A DNA stretch of 64,000 nucleotides from Mobula hypostoma (GCF_963921235.1 NC_086097.1:133364001-133428000), one strand, 5' to 3'; positions 25,230-38,920 are shown, numbered from the stretch's first letter. Numbers and translations are program-made. Notes: generated from the letters alone by a model not told the origin.

Positions 25230-25810
25230 ATCTAGTGTGCTTGTCGCTCTTTCAGCTTCTACTGCTGGCTAACAGTCTTGAGAAAAGGAGAGCTGAATGT
25301 GCAAGTCTCTCCCTGCCAGTACATAGCCTCTCCAACAGCAAACCTCTCGTAGTGCATCCTCACTGGCGACATATGGAAACTGAACTTCTTTTGGATTCAG
25401 GCTGAATTACAGAGGATGAGGAGGAGAACTGGCCCCTGCACATGTAGCACACACGCCCATTGGTGTGTAGACACATCCCGGTGCTCATGAACCAGATCCC
25501 CAGCTATGAGTAAATAGTCCCACTGCCTTGTGGTTAGCCTCAGGAGAGACAAAGGATACAGGAATAAACCCAGGCAGCAAATCCGGAGTGGAGCCCTGAA
25601 GGCGGCTGGATGCCATTGAACATCCTTCCAGCAGCTCCTGCAGCCAAGCTGGTGCCAAACGTATTGCTTCATAAGCTTTCCTTTGGACTACACTGGTGAG
25701 GCCAAGAAAGGGATCTTGACAACTGGGCATCTCATACCTTCCACCCAGGCTTGTGATGATGATCATCATCATCACCCATTGTCCTTCGAGACAGACGGAT
25801 GTCAACCATA
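25230..25810 (+). mobile_element. Second short RTE-associated element with decayed HDV-like ribozyme at its 5' end
   Basis: GCA-TCCTCACT-GGC-GACATAT-GG-AAA-P4-GGCTGA core at 25354-25405, with P2 CCTCT-GTAGT/ATTACAGAGG. Boundaries approximate. Confidence 0.5.
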
Positions 25811-25919
25811 TTTTACTATCACTAGTTTCAATGAATGCTGGATGCACTCTAGAACAAACAAAGAAACTGCATGCATGTACAAACGAAAGGGAAATTTCTG
25901 ACAGACATAATCCTATTTT

Positions 25920-26007
25920 TCCTGGTCTCGGCCTGAAACGTCGACTGCACCTCTTCCTATAGATGCTGCTTGGCCTGCTGCGTTCACCAGCAACTTTGAT
26001 GTATGTC
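25920..26007 (+). mobile_element. Penelope terminal fragment (half hammerhead)
   Basis: GGTCTCGGCCTGAAACGTCGACTG..., flanked by TCCTATTTT (25911-25919, 26008-26016). Confidence 0.7.
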
Positions 26008-26345
26008 TCCTATTTTAGTATGGATTTGGGCGCTTCACGGCTAGTTTTGAATTTTATTTTGTAGCCAATAACATACTTATTTTGGAATTCATTGCCAATT
26101 ATCTGTGGAAAGCAATGGAATAGTAAGATGCACCTTGCTAAAACAAAAATAAGCTAATAACTAACAGTCAAAATAGCCAAGCAAAGGATTCCAGAAAGCA
26201 CACTTGAGAACTAGGTTTGAAATATTTCAAAATGAGTAAGTTTAGATATTACAAGACACGGCATTAGTTTAACTATTAAAACATTTCAAAACTGTGAGTA
26301 AAACCAAGTTAAAAGCCCTACTGACCATGTAGAATATACCATTAC

Positions 26346-26518
26346 CTCAGTGTGAACTCTTTGTATGTGCGCTCGTAGATTGCCTCTCTGTGAAAACGAG
26401 GCTGGACAAAAGACACAAAAATGTGGTTTTTCACCAGTATGCTTGATCATGTGAATTTGCAATGCTCCTTTCTGGTTGAAAGCCTTTCCACAATCACCAC
26501 ATTTAAATGGCCGTTCAC
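26346..26518 (-). CDS. ZNF236: ZNF236 coding exon (inferred exon 6), two C2H2 fingers
   Basis: ttgtag|GT GAA CGG ... ACT GAG|gtaatg, 173 nt. [57 protein letters not shown]. Confidence 0.95.
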
Positions 26519-26739
26519 CTACAATACCAAGTAAAAGTTGGTAAGTGCAGAAAGATTTGCAGAAAAGTGATGTAATACACATGTAATGTTAACAACACCA
26601 GACATACATTGTACTGGGTTAAACTAATGATGAACTTTATTAGTAATATTGTGCATTAGTTCATGGTTCATTATTTACAATAGTTATTGCTCAAAGTATC
26701 ACAAAGTTCTCAGCTAAACACACTGCAATCAAATATGTT

Positions 26740-27340
26740 ATGAACAGAACAGAGCAGTACAGCACTGAACAGGCCATTTGATTCATGATGCTGTGCCAAT
26801 CTTGCTGCCAATTTATACTAAATGCCCTCTATTTCCTATACAGCTTTCTAACAGCCTCAAACTCTACCAAACTGCTTGCTTCCATACTACCTTGGCAACC
26901 TATTCCACTGACCATCCACTCCCTACATTCTTAATACCCCTATAAATGAAAACAAGCATGCCGTATGCCATTTTTTTTAAACTAACTTATCCACTTGCAT
27001 AGCCACTTTCGAAGAACTATGGACCCGGACTCTAAGATCCTTTTGAACTTCAATGCTGTTAAGGGGTTTACCATTACTGTAATATTTTCTCCTTCTATTT
27101 GACCTCCCAAAGTGCAACATCTCACTTTTGCCTGGATTAAACTCCGAATGCCACTTTCCTGCCTTTATCTGTAACTGATCTATATCTCACTATATACTCT
27201 TTGATATCCTTTATACTATCCACAATGCCATCAGTCTTAGTATCATCCACAAACTAGCTGACCTACCATCAACACTTTCATCCAAATCACTGAAATACTG
27301 GATATCACGTAACAGATTCCCAAACCCCTAGCTGGAATAC
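26740..27340 (-). mobile_element. Decayed CR1 3' fragment
   Basis: Same motifs as the CR1 at 5200-5600 (CAAAGTGCAACATCTCAC...TTAAACTCC...TGCCA). Confidence 0.6.
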
Positions 27341-28029
27341 AGACTTGCATCTGGAATCCAAATTTGCAATAGATTCCATACATCTTTATCTACATATTTA
27401 TAGCCAGAAACTTGATAACAAATATTAATACCAATAATAAAAATGCCTTGGTTCTGCCTACTGAACAATGACAATTAGCATTCACGAACTAGCTTCTTCC
27501 TGGCATATTTAATGATAAGCTGCACTTTTTTTGCATTGGATCCCAATACCAAACAGAATCAAAGGCAAGTTAAATTCCTTCCTTTAAGAATTTAAAAACT
27601 CTTGTTTTAAAAAAAAGGTTATAACAATACAATAAATAAAAGATGGGTGGCAGCACAGTACAAATCTGACATAACGCTCAAGTTCTGAAATAAATTCCTT
27701 CAGTCTTCACATTTCAAGTGAAGTTTGATAACATCGACTCAAACCCCACAAATAATTTTCCAGTTCAAGCTCAGCCCTGCCACCAAACCTGCTCCCATTA
27801 TCTCCACTTAATAACAATCCGGCAGATTGTTCTCATATCTGTTAGAATTTCATTGCATAATTTGGGGAAATGACATCAAGAATCAGGGCAGCGAGGTCAA
27901 ATCATGCTCTATGTGACTGATTAAAGTTACCATAACCATCTTTCATTTAAACCATCTTTCACCTTGGGAGAAGCAATTTCGTATCAATTAAAGTGGGGAA
28001 ACATTTTATGCCAACGAATTGCTCAAAAA

Positions 28030-28349
28030 CAATGGTCCCCAACCTCCGGGCTGCGGACCGATACCGGACCGCGAAGAACGCAGTGGTGCAACGGTAGTCA
28101 GGAAACACCCAGCACATCTTTAAGAAAAAAGCCAAAATAAGCTAATTAATTAGGTGCTGCCCGGCACGTAAATGTCGGCCCAGATCAGAGGCAACCCAAT
28201 TGCCAATCGCCGCTGATCTGGGCCGACATTTACGTGCTGGGTGGCACCTAATTAATTAGCTTGTTTATTTCGGCTTTTTTCTTAAAGATGTACTAGGTGC
28301 GTTCTGGCTACCGCTGCATTCTTTGTGGCCCGGAGGTTGGGGACCACTG
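28030..28349. mobile_element. hAT-family palindromic MITE
   Basis: TIR CAATGGTCCCCAACC / GGTTGGGGACCACTG; perfect 8-bp TSD CTCAAAAA (28022-28029, 28350-28357); almost wholly self-complementary. Confidence 0.92.
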
Positions 28350-28619
28350 CTCAAAAACATCTTTTGACCAGTGTAGTAATGGGTAGATCACATAATTAAA
28401 GACTAATTACTGCTGTAATAATTTCCAAAGAATTAAATAATCCATTAATAGTACACTAGAGAGAATAGTTTCAAATATTTTCAGTTTTTTCCATTGTAAA
28501 ATACCCTAATCAATGCTTCACTACATGTAATATGTATGTGTCAATTCAAAAATTTATAATTTTATCAGATTACCTAAATGCTTTCAATGCCAAAAAAGTA
28601 GCAGTTTGTTTTGGTAGAA

Positions 28620-29290
28620 TTTAAGTAACTGACAGGGATCTTGGGAGTACAGAGAGACCGTGGAATGTTAGTCCATAGCTCCCTGAAAGTAGTAACACAA
28701 GTGAATAGGGTAGTGAGAAATGCTTGCCTTCACACAGCACGGTACTAAGTGTAAGAGTTGGGAATTGTAGTTTGTTGTAGAAAACATTGGTCAGACCACA
28801 TGCAGTTTGGTCGCTACACTATAGAAAGTATGTGGTGAAGAACAGAGACGGTGCAGAAGACATTTACGAGGATGTTTTCTGGAATGATGGTCTGTTGTTA
28901 CAAGTAGAAATTGGATAATCTAGGGTTTATTCTCACTGCAAAGTAGAAAGATCAGAGGCAAACTTAGAGGTTTATGAAATTATGAGGGGCATAGATAGGA
29001 AAAACACTCAGTTCTAGAGGAGAGGTTTAAGGGCAGAGGTTTAAGGTGACATGGAAGAAATTTAAAGAAGATCTGATGGATAAGTTTTTCCACAGAGAGA
29101 ATGGAGAACATCTCAAACATGCCAAAGATAGTGGAAATGGATATAATTACATAAAAGGCATCTGGACAAATACTTGTATACAAAAGGCACAGAGAGCGAA
29201 TGTAGCAAATGTAGATAAGCATCACAGATGGCAAAGATAAGATGGGTAGAAAGGGCTCGTCTATGTGCTGTACATTTCTATCATTCTATG
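28620..29290 (+). mobile_element. Old CR1 3' fragment
   Basis: Degenerate AAAACATTGGTCAGACCACA..GTGCAGAAGACATTTACGAGGATG CR1 motifs; TTCTATG tail. Confidence 0.55.
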
Positions 29291-29391
29291 TTAATCACCT
29301 GCATTAACAGAAAGTGAATCATCTTCTGAATTATTGTTGTAAAAAGGCACTCTGATAAATAATCCCATATTAGCTATACAGCATACCTCAC

Positions 29392-29519
29392 CTGTATGTA
29401 TTCTGATGTGGCGAATAAGCTGGCTAGGTTTTTGGAATGTTTTTCCGCAATGTTCACAACGATGAGAGAACCCTGATCTATCTACATGTCTTTTATACTG
29501 TTTTGTACACAGGGATGAC
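29392..29519 (-). CDS. ZNF236: ZNF236 coding exon (inferred exon 5), one C2H2 finger
   Basis: ttcccag|G TCA TCC ... CAT ACA G|gtgag, 128 nt. [31 protein letters not shown]. Confidence 0.93.
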
Positions 29520-31057
29520 CTGGGAATTAAGGGAAGCATAAAACATATGAACATCATATTGAAGCACTTGCAATATTTTATGGAAAAATATTACAGCAAA
29601 AGAGCATCCAGCATTTCTTCTGTAAGCATTCACCACAAAAATTTACTGCATTTTAAGCAGTGTCACTGAAAGGTTTAAATTACAAACAGACAGTAATAGA
29701 TTAAATGGATAGCAACTGGAAAATGAATTTCAATGCACTGAAACGTGAAGTCATCCACCTTGGATTAAGTATTACTTTCTAAATGGTGAAAAGCAAAAGG
29801 TCAAAAATACCATAGAGGTCCAGGTATATTGATTATTAAAATACCATCCAGTGTACTGAAAATATTTCCAAAAGAATAGAGACCTTTATACCTGGAGGAT
29901 TGGAGTATCAGGGTAAAAAGTAATGCTACAGCTTTCCAAATCCCCAGCAACAAAACCTGAAGTACTTCAAGGAATTATAGATGCCACATCTCTGGGAGAA
30001 AATACCAATTTCGTAGAGTTCAAAATAAATGTACCAAAATGGTATGATGAGTCTGACTGTTAAATTAAAAGATTCCACAAACTATGACTGTTTAGAAGTA
30101 GGATTGGGGGTGGTGAGGGGAATATATTTCAAGAAATTTCTGATAATTACATGAGTCTTTCATCCCCGAACAATACAAAAAGCCCTCACGAATTGGCCAG
30201 AGTCCTAATTTAGAGAATACCTTTGTAACTTTGAGAAAAGACAGAGGGAATATCTCGCCATCTGAAGAAAAAAAACAATGAATTCTCACACAAACAATTT
30301 TCCAATACCTATCCACCTATGGGGGAATCCAATAAAATGACATAAATAGTAAATTGTCTCCCTACAATCTGCACTTTAAAAACAGACATGAGTGGGAAAA
30401 CCAAAATAATGCAACTGATGTTAATCTGAAACAACAGAAAAAGCTGAAGATACACAACAGACAAGGCAGCATTTGTGGAGAGAGAAAGACAGTTAATATG
30501 TCAGGTTGACAGTCCAATAACAATCATCAATACCATTTCTCTCTGCACAGAAACTGCCCAACCCACTGATATTACTAACAAGGTGTGTACTGTCATTACA
30601 CTATATAATTCTTATCTGAACAGCTGCTTCAGATAAATAAAAGTTTATAGCTATTGACCTATTTATTGCTGATTTCATATGCCTGTATGGAAAAGCAGAA
30701 GCAGCTATAAATAGAATTTAGTCAATGGATCACCAAAAGATACAAACCTCAAGAGTATTAGCTTCCCACTGACAATTCCCATCGACAAAGTTTCAGGTAA
30801 TTTTAAGATGTGCTGCACATCTACATTTAATAAGACAGTCAAATTTCATTAAAAATGAATGTTATTTAGATACGTAGGCTGAAACATTAACTGCAGGCGG
30901 GCTGGAATGAAAATATCATGATCTGACAAATGGCAGAACACTGTTTACCACAGGTAGAAACATATTTACTTTCTAACTGTATTACTATGCAATGTATGAG
31001 ACAGCCTTAAATTTACAGCATAAATAAGCCGTTACATTTCTGCTTCAATTCACACAC

Positions 31058-31236
31058 CTAACTCTATAGTGTGATTTCATATGATCACGTAGCTGGGAAG
31101 GCCTTTCAAATTCTTTAGTGCAGATCTTACAAACATGCACTTGGCTTCCATTTAGTTCCTGCCGATGTTCCTCCATATGTCTACTAAGTTGGCTCTGTAA
31201 TGTAAATTCATCACCACATTCTGTACATATCAGGTT
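31058..31236 (-). CDS. ZNF236: ZNF236 coding exon (inferred exon 4), two C2H2 fingers; not in the ORF track
   Basis: ctgtag|AAC CTG ATA TGT ... AGA GTT AG|gtgtgt, 179 nt. [59 protein letters not shown]. Confidence 0.92.
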
Positions 31237-32047
31237 CTACAGAGGAGAAGATACAAAAAAAAGTCAGGCCATTTGAAATTGTAAAAGTTTCTGCAAATTG
31301 TGTCAAAATTCAATTATTTTCACAGATTAATTAATAAAGTTTATGACAGTAAAATCTAAACTAGTGATTTTAATGTAATATTCCTATTCTTTCCACTCCT
31401 ATCCCATGGCCCTTTTAACCTTTATGTTTAGAATTAAGGTAGTGATAATGTTGTCCTACCAGCCACCATTTTAATCAATCATTGCAAATAATTCAGTGTC
31501 AAACCCAAATCCCATGATGCTTAACCTAACCTTTAACAGCAATGTGTAAATAGAAACAGATGTTAGCTGGTAATTGTGTAGAATACAGAAGCTCAGCTTA
31601 TTATAAAGTTTTATACTCTATTAGAACTAATAAATTCTAAATCAGAAATCCAAGCTTGGAAGAGAAATGTCACCAGGCTCACTCACAATAAGTGGCATCT
31701 CCCCACTTAAGATGCAGCAAATCTGAGATTTCCACATCATGCACAAACTCCAAACTTTCAGACTGCTCGTGCAGCATTCCTGTGATTTTGCATCAAGTAC
31801 TGTACTGCACACGCTGACCACCAAAGCAGCACAAAATCCCTGAGATCACTCAGCACTTATACTATACGATCATATCCCACAACTGTAACTCTATGGTTAA
31901 ATGGACAGGAACAGGTACAAGCATGATCTCATTTACATCCCTTTCTGCACTTCTCAAATTTAAATATTGGCATGCTTACTTTTAAAGTTACAATAATTTT
32001 GATTTGTTTTAATAGGTTGCTTTTAAATGGCTTATGTTATTTAGAAT

Positions 32048-32998
32048 CCACAGGGGACTATCTTATCTCCCTTTCTCTTCACCATTTACACCTCGGACTT
32101 CAACTACTGCACAGAGTCTTGTCATCTTCAGAAGTTTTCGGATGACTCTGTCATAGTTGGATGCATCAGCAAGGGAGATGAGGCTGAATACAGGGCTATC
32201 GTAGGAAACTTTGTCACATGGTGTGAGCAGAATTATCTGCAGCTTAATGTGAAAAAGACTAAGGAGCTGGTGGTAGACCTGAGGAGAGCTAAGTACTGGT
32301 GACCCCTGTTTCCATCCAGGGGGTCAGTGTGGACATGGTGGAGGATTACAAATACCTGGGGATACGAATTGACAATAAACTGGACTGGTCAAAGAACACT
32401 GAGGCTGTCTACAAGAAGGGTCAGAGCTGTCTCTATTTCCTGAGGAGACTGAGGTCCTTTAACATCTGCCAGACGATGCTGAGGATGTTCTACGAGTCTG
32501 TGGTGGCCAGTGCTATCATGTTTGCTGTTGTGTGCTGGGGCAGCAGGCTGAGGGTAGCAGACACCAACAGAATTAACAAACTCATTCGTAAGGCCAGTGA
32601 TGTTGTGGTGATAGAACTGGACTCTCTCACGGTGGTGTCTGAAAAGAGGATGCTGTCTAAGTTGCATTCCATGTTGGTCAATGTCTCCCATCCACTACAT
32701 AATGTACTGGGTGGGCACAGGAGTACATTCAGCCAGAGACTCATTCCACTGAGATGCAGCACAGAGCGTCATAGGAAGTCATTCCTGCCTGTGGCCATCA
32801 AACTTTACAACTCCTCCCTCGGAGGGTCAGACACCCTGAGCCAATAGACTGGTCCTGGACTTATTTCATAATTTACTGGCATAATTTACATATTACTATT
32901 TAACTATTTATGTTTCTATTACTATTTATTATTTATGGTGCAACTGTAACGAAAACCAATTTCCCCCGGGATCAATAAAGTATGACTATGACTATGAC
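32048..32998 (+). mobile_element. Young 5'-truncated Rex1/Babar-type LINE
   Basis: PQGTILSPFLF..KFSDDS..LNVKKTKELVVD, one frameshift, then ORF 32299-32847 (YKYLG, YFLRRLRSF, SFLPVAIKLYN). AATAAAG(TATGAC)n tail; TAGAAT duplicated on both sides. Confidence 0.9.
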
Positions 32999-33567
32999 TA
33001 GAATACGTCAGACAAATTTGCTTTGAAACTCATCTACACTAGAGTTTAGTTTCTGTTCCAATGGCATGATGGAATGCTGTCTTAGAAGGTCTCACCACAG
33101 TACAAGGCCTTGCCTCTGTGGACTAGAGTGCAATTTTCCAGCAAGATCTGCAGAATCGCTTGTGGTTAAAATACCAGCTGTTTCTTGGTGCATCTTGAGG
33201 ACCACACACTTCCCAATTATCAGAGCTTCCTAACCTTACAAAAGTTAAGCTCTTGTTTCTTCTATGTTATAAAAAGCACCCTAACACTGCAAAGCTATTA
33301 TCTAATTTACCCGCAGCAACAATGAAAATCTATAGCTACATAAGAAGTCTGCAAAAGATAGTGCTTAGATCTCTTTTTGAAAATTTTAATTATGCATTAG
33401 ATAAATTTTAAGTTCATGCCTCTTCTGCCATAGTCATAATTGACAATGTGTTATCATAAAGCAATTTCAAGTTAAAGCTAGCGTTCTTTGGAACATATAT
33501 GTAACAGGACATAATTAATATGATTTAATATAAAAGTAAATGTAGATGACAAGCAGTGAAAACTCAC

Positions 33568-33732
33568 CTCCTCTTTCTCATGCAGCATAATGTGAGCTTT
33601 AAGGCTGGCCACGCGGGAAAACTTTTTGCCACAAACAGGGCAAGATGGGTCATTTGCATTGTGAGTAGCTTTGTGCAATATAAGATTAAATTCCACATTA
33701 AAGGATGCTGGGCATTGATCGCACCGGTAAGG
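33568..33732 (-). CDS. ZNF236: ZNF236 coding exon (inferred exon 3), two C2H2 fingers
   Basis: aaacag|CCT TAC CGG ... GAG GAG|gtgag, 165 nt. [24 protein letters not shown]...[25 protein letters not shown]. Confidence 0.95.
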
Positions 33733-35049
33733 CTGTTTACACAGACAAAGCAAAAATAAAGTTTGCAGTTTTAAAGTATTAGGCAAATGCAAATAACAAT
33801 TCGTCTCTTGGCTAAAACTGAGCCATGCGTCATTTATGAGCTACAGTTTAACATCAAACACTGCCAACATTTAGTTCTAAAAATATTTCACCTGGAGTTT
33901 AAATACTTCTAGTCTATCAAGAGCTAGTACAAGTTACTTTCTGTCACTGTGCAAAATAGTCAATATGTCACAGGCATGTAGGAATGGGTCATTTAGTCCT
34001 TCAAACCTGTTCCAATACCAACATCTTGAACATAACAGACCATTCTGTAAAACCTTCAAATGCGCCTTCAAAAATAAAATAAACATCAAGATACAAAAGA
34101 CCTTAGGACAACCAGGCCAAAAGCCTGGCTAAAGAGGTAGCACAGAGTATCTCAAAAAAAAAGAGAAAGAAGGAAGCTTGGTTGGAGTCATGAGTAGCAA
34201 TGGAGGTGTATAGAAATCTCACAAGGTTGAGCAGCTGGAACCTACATTTTAGAATTTGAAAACTAACACAATTTCTAAGTCAACTTTCAAAGACTTTTAG
34301 ATCATGGTCAATTGGTATCTCCATGCATCTATACATCTTTCTCGGTCTCGGCCTGAAACTTCAGCTGTTTAATCGTTTCCATAGATGCTGCTTGACTTTA
34401 GAACATCATAAAGTTTTTGTCAAGAACGGGCCATTCAGCCCAAAGTTTGCCAAATCCCTGTTCACATAGTGTACTGAAATATTTGGTTCAACTAAGACTT
34501 GCTGACTTCCTCCAGCATTTGGTGGGTGTTGCTTTGAACTTCTAACATCTGCAGACTTTGTGTTTACAACTTGTCATGATACTGTAATGTATATTGAAAT
34601 ATATTCTGCCACTGCATTTGGCAAAACTTGTAAATTCTATCAAATCTACTACCAAAAATATTTAATTTTAGCATAAAATAAAAACAGACAACTTTATCTT
34701 CTCATTACTGGACTGGGTGAGCTGGAGCAGCAAACTGTGATAATCAGTCCTATACTAGACCCACACTGCATCCAGTATGGCTAACATAAAACAAAGGCTA
34801 TCCCTGTAGTTTATTGGCGAGCAGAATAGAAAACAGATGATGTGGGCTATTCCTGGGAGCAGATATCAGGCATCTGATTATTTTTATATGCTTGCCTCAG
34901 ATATTCTTTGTCCTCATTAAATTTTGTGTGGGGTGACCTTCCAATTGGTTGAGCTCCTTTGCCTCCAGGTCGTCAATTTTCGATCGAGTAAGGCCAAGAA
35001 AAAACAAAGGACATTACAACAGAATTGAATTTGGAACTGGCGAGGAATC

Positions 35050-36505
35050 AAAAGGAAGTTCACGCAAATGGTTCTTGGATTGAAAGTCTTATCAAATGAG
35101 GAGCGTTTGATGCCTCTGGGCTTGTACGCACTGGAGTTCAGAAGAATGAGGGGATGGGATCTGATTAAAAACTATCAAATGTTGAAAGGCCTTGATAGAG
35201 AGGATATGGACAGGATGTTTCCTATGGTGGGGGAGTCTAAGACCACAGGACACAGCCTCAAAATAGAGGGACAACCACTAAAAACAAAGATGAGGATGAA
35301 GTTCTTTGGCCAGAGAGTGAGGAATCTGTGGAACTCATTGCCACAGATGACTGTGGAGGCCAAGTCATTGGGTATATTTAAGGCAGAGGTTGACAAAGAT
35401 TCTTGATTAGTCAGGGCATAAAGGGATAGGAGAGTAGGCAAGAGATTGGGGCTCAGAGGGAAATGGATCTGCCATGATGAAACACAGAGCAGACTCGATG
35501 GGCCAAATGGCCTCATTCTGCTCCTATATCTCATGGTCTTATGAATTTCTAAGCCATTGTTGACTTGACTGAGTAAGGAGGTGCAGGTACTACCCAATCT
35601 TGGATTATCAGCCATAAATCAAGCTGCTTTAACTGGCCATTTCACTACCAGAAGCATTAAGGGCAGGATGCAGAGCAGGGCGAAGAAGTGGCAGATGGAA
35701 TTCAATCTGGAAAAATGTGAAATGATTCTCTTTGGAAGGTCAATTTCAAAGGCATATTTAACAGTTAATGGCAGGATTCTTAGCAGTGTGGAAGAATACA
35801 GATTTTGGTGTCCACACCCATGGACCCCTCTAAGTTCTACACAAGTTGAAATAGTTATTGTTAAGGTGTAAAGTGTGTTGGCCTTCATTAGTCAGGGAAT
35901 GAGTTCTAGAACTTGAGGTGATGTTGCAGCTCTATAAAACACTGGATAAATCACATTTGTAATATTATGTTCTGTTCTGATTGCCTCATTACATGAAGGA
36001 TGTGGAAGCTTTACAGACGGTGCAGAGGAGATTTACCACGATGAGGCCTGGATTAGAGAGCAGGTTTTATGAGGAAAAGTTGAGTAAGCTAGGGCTTTTG
36101 TCTTTGGAAAGGAGGGTGACAAAAGACTTGATAGAGGTGCACAAGATGATAAGCAGCATAAATTGAGTGGATAGAACAGAGACTTTTTCCCCGGGCGGAA
36201 ATGGCTGATACGAGGAGGAATGATTACAAGGTGATTGAAGCAAAGTATGGGGAGGGGGGAAAATGTCAGAGGTAAACTCTTCTTTCAAAAAAAAACAGAG
36301 TGGTGGGTGTGTGAGGGTGTGTGCCAGGATGGTGATAGATGCAGATATATTAGAGGCATTTAGATATTCTTAGATAGGCATATCGATGATAGAAAAATGG
36401 AGAGCTATGTAGGAGGAAAGAGTTAGATTGATCTTAGAGTAGGTTAAAAGGTCAGCATAACACCGTGAGGCAATGGGCCTATACGGTACTGTAATGTTCT
36501 ATATT
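35050..36505 (+). mobile_element. Two adjacent CR1 3' fragments
   Basis: ORFs 35068-35406 (LGLYALEFRRMRG, QRVRNLWNSLP) and 35581-36166 (KWQMEFNLEKC, VQRRFT). Confidence 0.75.
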
Positions 36506-36860
36506 CAATCACCAATTTGGACAATATACAGGAGTGCATTCCTATGAGAGTCAGGGGAGACTATTCCAGTCAGTCTTCTCCCATCTCTGGTTTGCAAGGG
36601 CATGCTATAGTAGCACCCAAGTACAGTAAATTCCACACAAATATGAGATCTTTGAGCATTCTTAGTCTGTTTTATTCCACAGGATACTGTCTTAATAGCC
36701 AAGTGAGAGAGTAGGAGCCACAGAGAAGCTACTTCTATTCTTTAATTATTTGATATTAATAAGATTGTTTTAATATTATTTAATTTAGCTCCAAACTACA
36801 TGTTAATTAGAAGACCTTCAATTTTTCAAACTTTCGAGGATCAGAAACAAGTGAACTTAC

Positions 36861-37018
36861 CTTGTCATTTTCCTCATGCTCCCGCAAGTGGCGTTGTAAT
36901 TGATTGTATTTGGAAAATGTTTGGAAACAGATATCACATTTATGAGCATCTCTGTACTGAGTATCCTGGGACTCAAGAAACCCATTTGCATTGTCTGCAC
37001 CCAATTCCAGCAAATTAT
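36861..37018 (-). CDS. ZNF236: ZNF236 coding exon (inferred exon 2), phase 1 to 0, one C2H2 finger
   Basis: ttttatag|AT AAT TTG ... GAC AAG|gtaag. Encodes HKCDICFQTFSKYNQLQRHLREHEENDK, matching the recalled vertebrate ZNF236 N-terminus. Confidence 0.92.
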
Positions 37019-38212
37019 CTATAAAAGAAAAAAGAAAAAGAAAGAATAAAGAGGGACAGTTCCAGTATTGGCGCCTGTAACTGTTTTATCAGTAATACTT
37101 GTCCAGATTTTCTCTCTCATGGAGATTAACTGATCTGCAAGGAATTTCCAACATTTTAAAGTTCTAACAGCAGTTGATTTTTTTTTTTGCTTGGGATTCC
37201 AGCAGCTAGAGCCACTTGATTTTCCAACATTTCTCTTTTGGTTCCAGTTCTCTACAACAGCTTCAACCTGCATTTCACAGCTTTAGCATGTTCTCTCTCT
37301 AAAAACTCTCATTAATCCATTAGCAAGATAGCTTTCTAAACAGCTTATCCCTTCAGATATATTCTTGTTGATCCTACCGAATCTTAATACTTTTTTTCTT
37401 ATTCTTCCATTTCTGAAGAGTCTTTGACCTGAAATGTTAACTCCACTTCTCTCTCCAAAGTTACAGTGTGACCCGCAGGTCACTCATTTCTAGAATTACC
37501 TCTATATATTCTTTATTACAGATTCAGTACTTTTGTAGTTTAAATCTAAAGTGCTGCAAGTATGATCGTGCAGATGCATCAAATAGTTAACAGGACAAAT
37601 TGCATAGCTTGCTATTGCTAGAAGTTGGGAGTTTAAAAATATTGATCCATCTTTACAGGGTGTTGGTGTATTGTATTAGGGCCTGGTCCTTACTTAAAGG
37701 AGGATATACTGACGATGGAAGTACATAGGCTCACCAGGTAATGAATAACCGACTTATGAAAATTTGAATTTATGCAAATTCTCATTTTTAGAGCTTGTAA
37801 TATTAATATATTTCATGATACCTACAGATGACGGCATTCAATATTGAGTTAATTAATTTAATTATGGGTAGTGTTAGGGTGATTATTCAGTTAAATTAGA
37901 ACAATAGGTAGAGCAATAGGATACAAGTAGTGATAAGAAAACAGGTGTTTCTGACTTGCAGAAAAATTGGTTAACTTACATTTCAATAACCCAGGGACTG
38001 TTGAAGTCCAAAAAATGATTTACAGGACTAATTCCTGGGATGAGAAAACTATCCTATCATGAGTGGCTTAAAAAGTTGGATCTGTAGAATTTGGAGTTTA
38101 GAAGAATGAGGAATGATCTTATTGAAACAAAATTCCCAAAAGGGCAGTATCAAATTGTTTCCACCAGTGGGAAACTACCAATAAGGGCACATAGCAACAA
38201 GATAAGGGGCCA

Positions 38213-38300
38213 AACAACAGGAATTCTGCAGATGCTGGAAATTCAAGCAACACACATAAAAGTTGCTGGTGAACGCAGCAGGCCAGGCAGCATCTCTAGG
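38213..38300 (-). mobile_element. ~90-bp Penelope 3' end inserted in an old CR1
   Basis: Nearly the same sequence as 60046-60135; flanked by AAGATAAGGGGCCA (38199-38212, 38301-38314). Confidence 0.8.
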
Positions 38301-38639
38301 AAGATAAGGGGCCACACACTTAAAACTGAGCAGTGTAGGAAATTTCTTCCCTCTGGTCAATCTTGGAGTTTTCTGCATGGAAGGATTTTGGAAGTTAGAT
38401 CATCTAAGGCATTTAAAGAGGGAGATTTTTTTTTTGGAAAAAAAGTAGTTACTGGGAATTAGCACAAAAGAAACGAAGTCCACTGCAGATCAGCCAAGAT
38501 TACACTGAATGACAGGACAGACTCAAAAGGCCAAATTGCCTACTTCTGCTCCTATTGTCCTGTTGATCATGCCAGTGATTCTCTTTCCCTTAAAAACACC
38601 GAGATTAATCTCATGGAGCAAGTCCAGTGAAGGAGCATT

Positions 38640-38920
38640 AACACAAGAAAGTCTACAGATGCAAGAAATCCAAAGCAACACACACAAAATGCTGGAGAAA
38701 CCCAGCAGGTCAGGCAGCATCTATGGAAAAGAGTGAAGAGTCGATGTTTTGGGCCAAGACCTTTCTTCAGGACTGAGAAGGGGAAGATGCAAGGATAAAA
38801 AGGTGGGGAGAGGGAGAAAGAGGCTAGCTGGAAGATGATAGATGAAGCCAGGTGGGTAGGAAAGGTAAAGGGCTGGAGGAGAAAGAATCTGAGAAGAGAG
38901 GAGAGTGGACAATAGATAGG
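38640..38920 (-). mobile_element. Older Penelope terminal fragment with decayed hammerhead
   Basis: Minus strand CAGTC CTGAAGA AAGGTCTTGGCCC AAAA CATC GACT. Confidence 0.65.
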
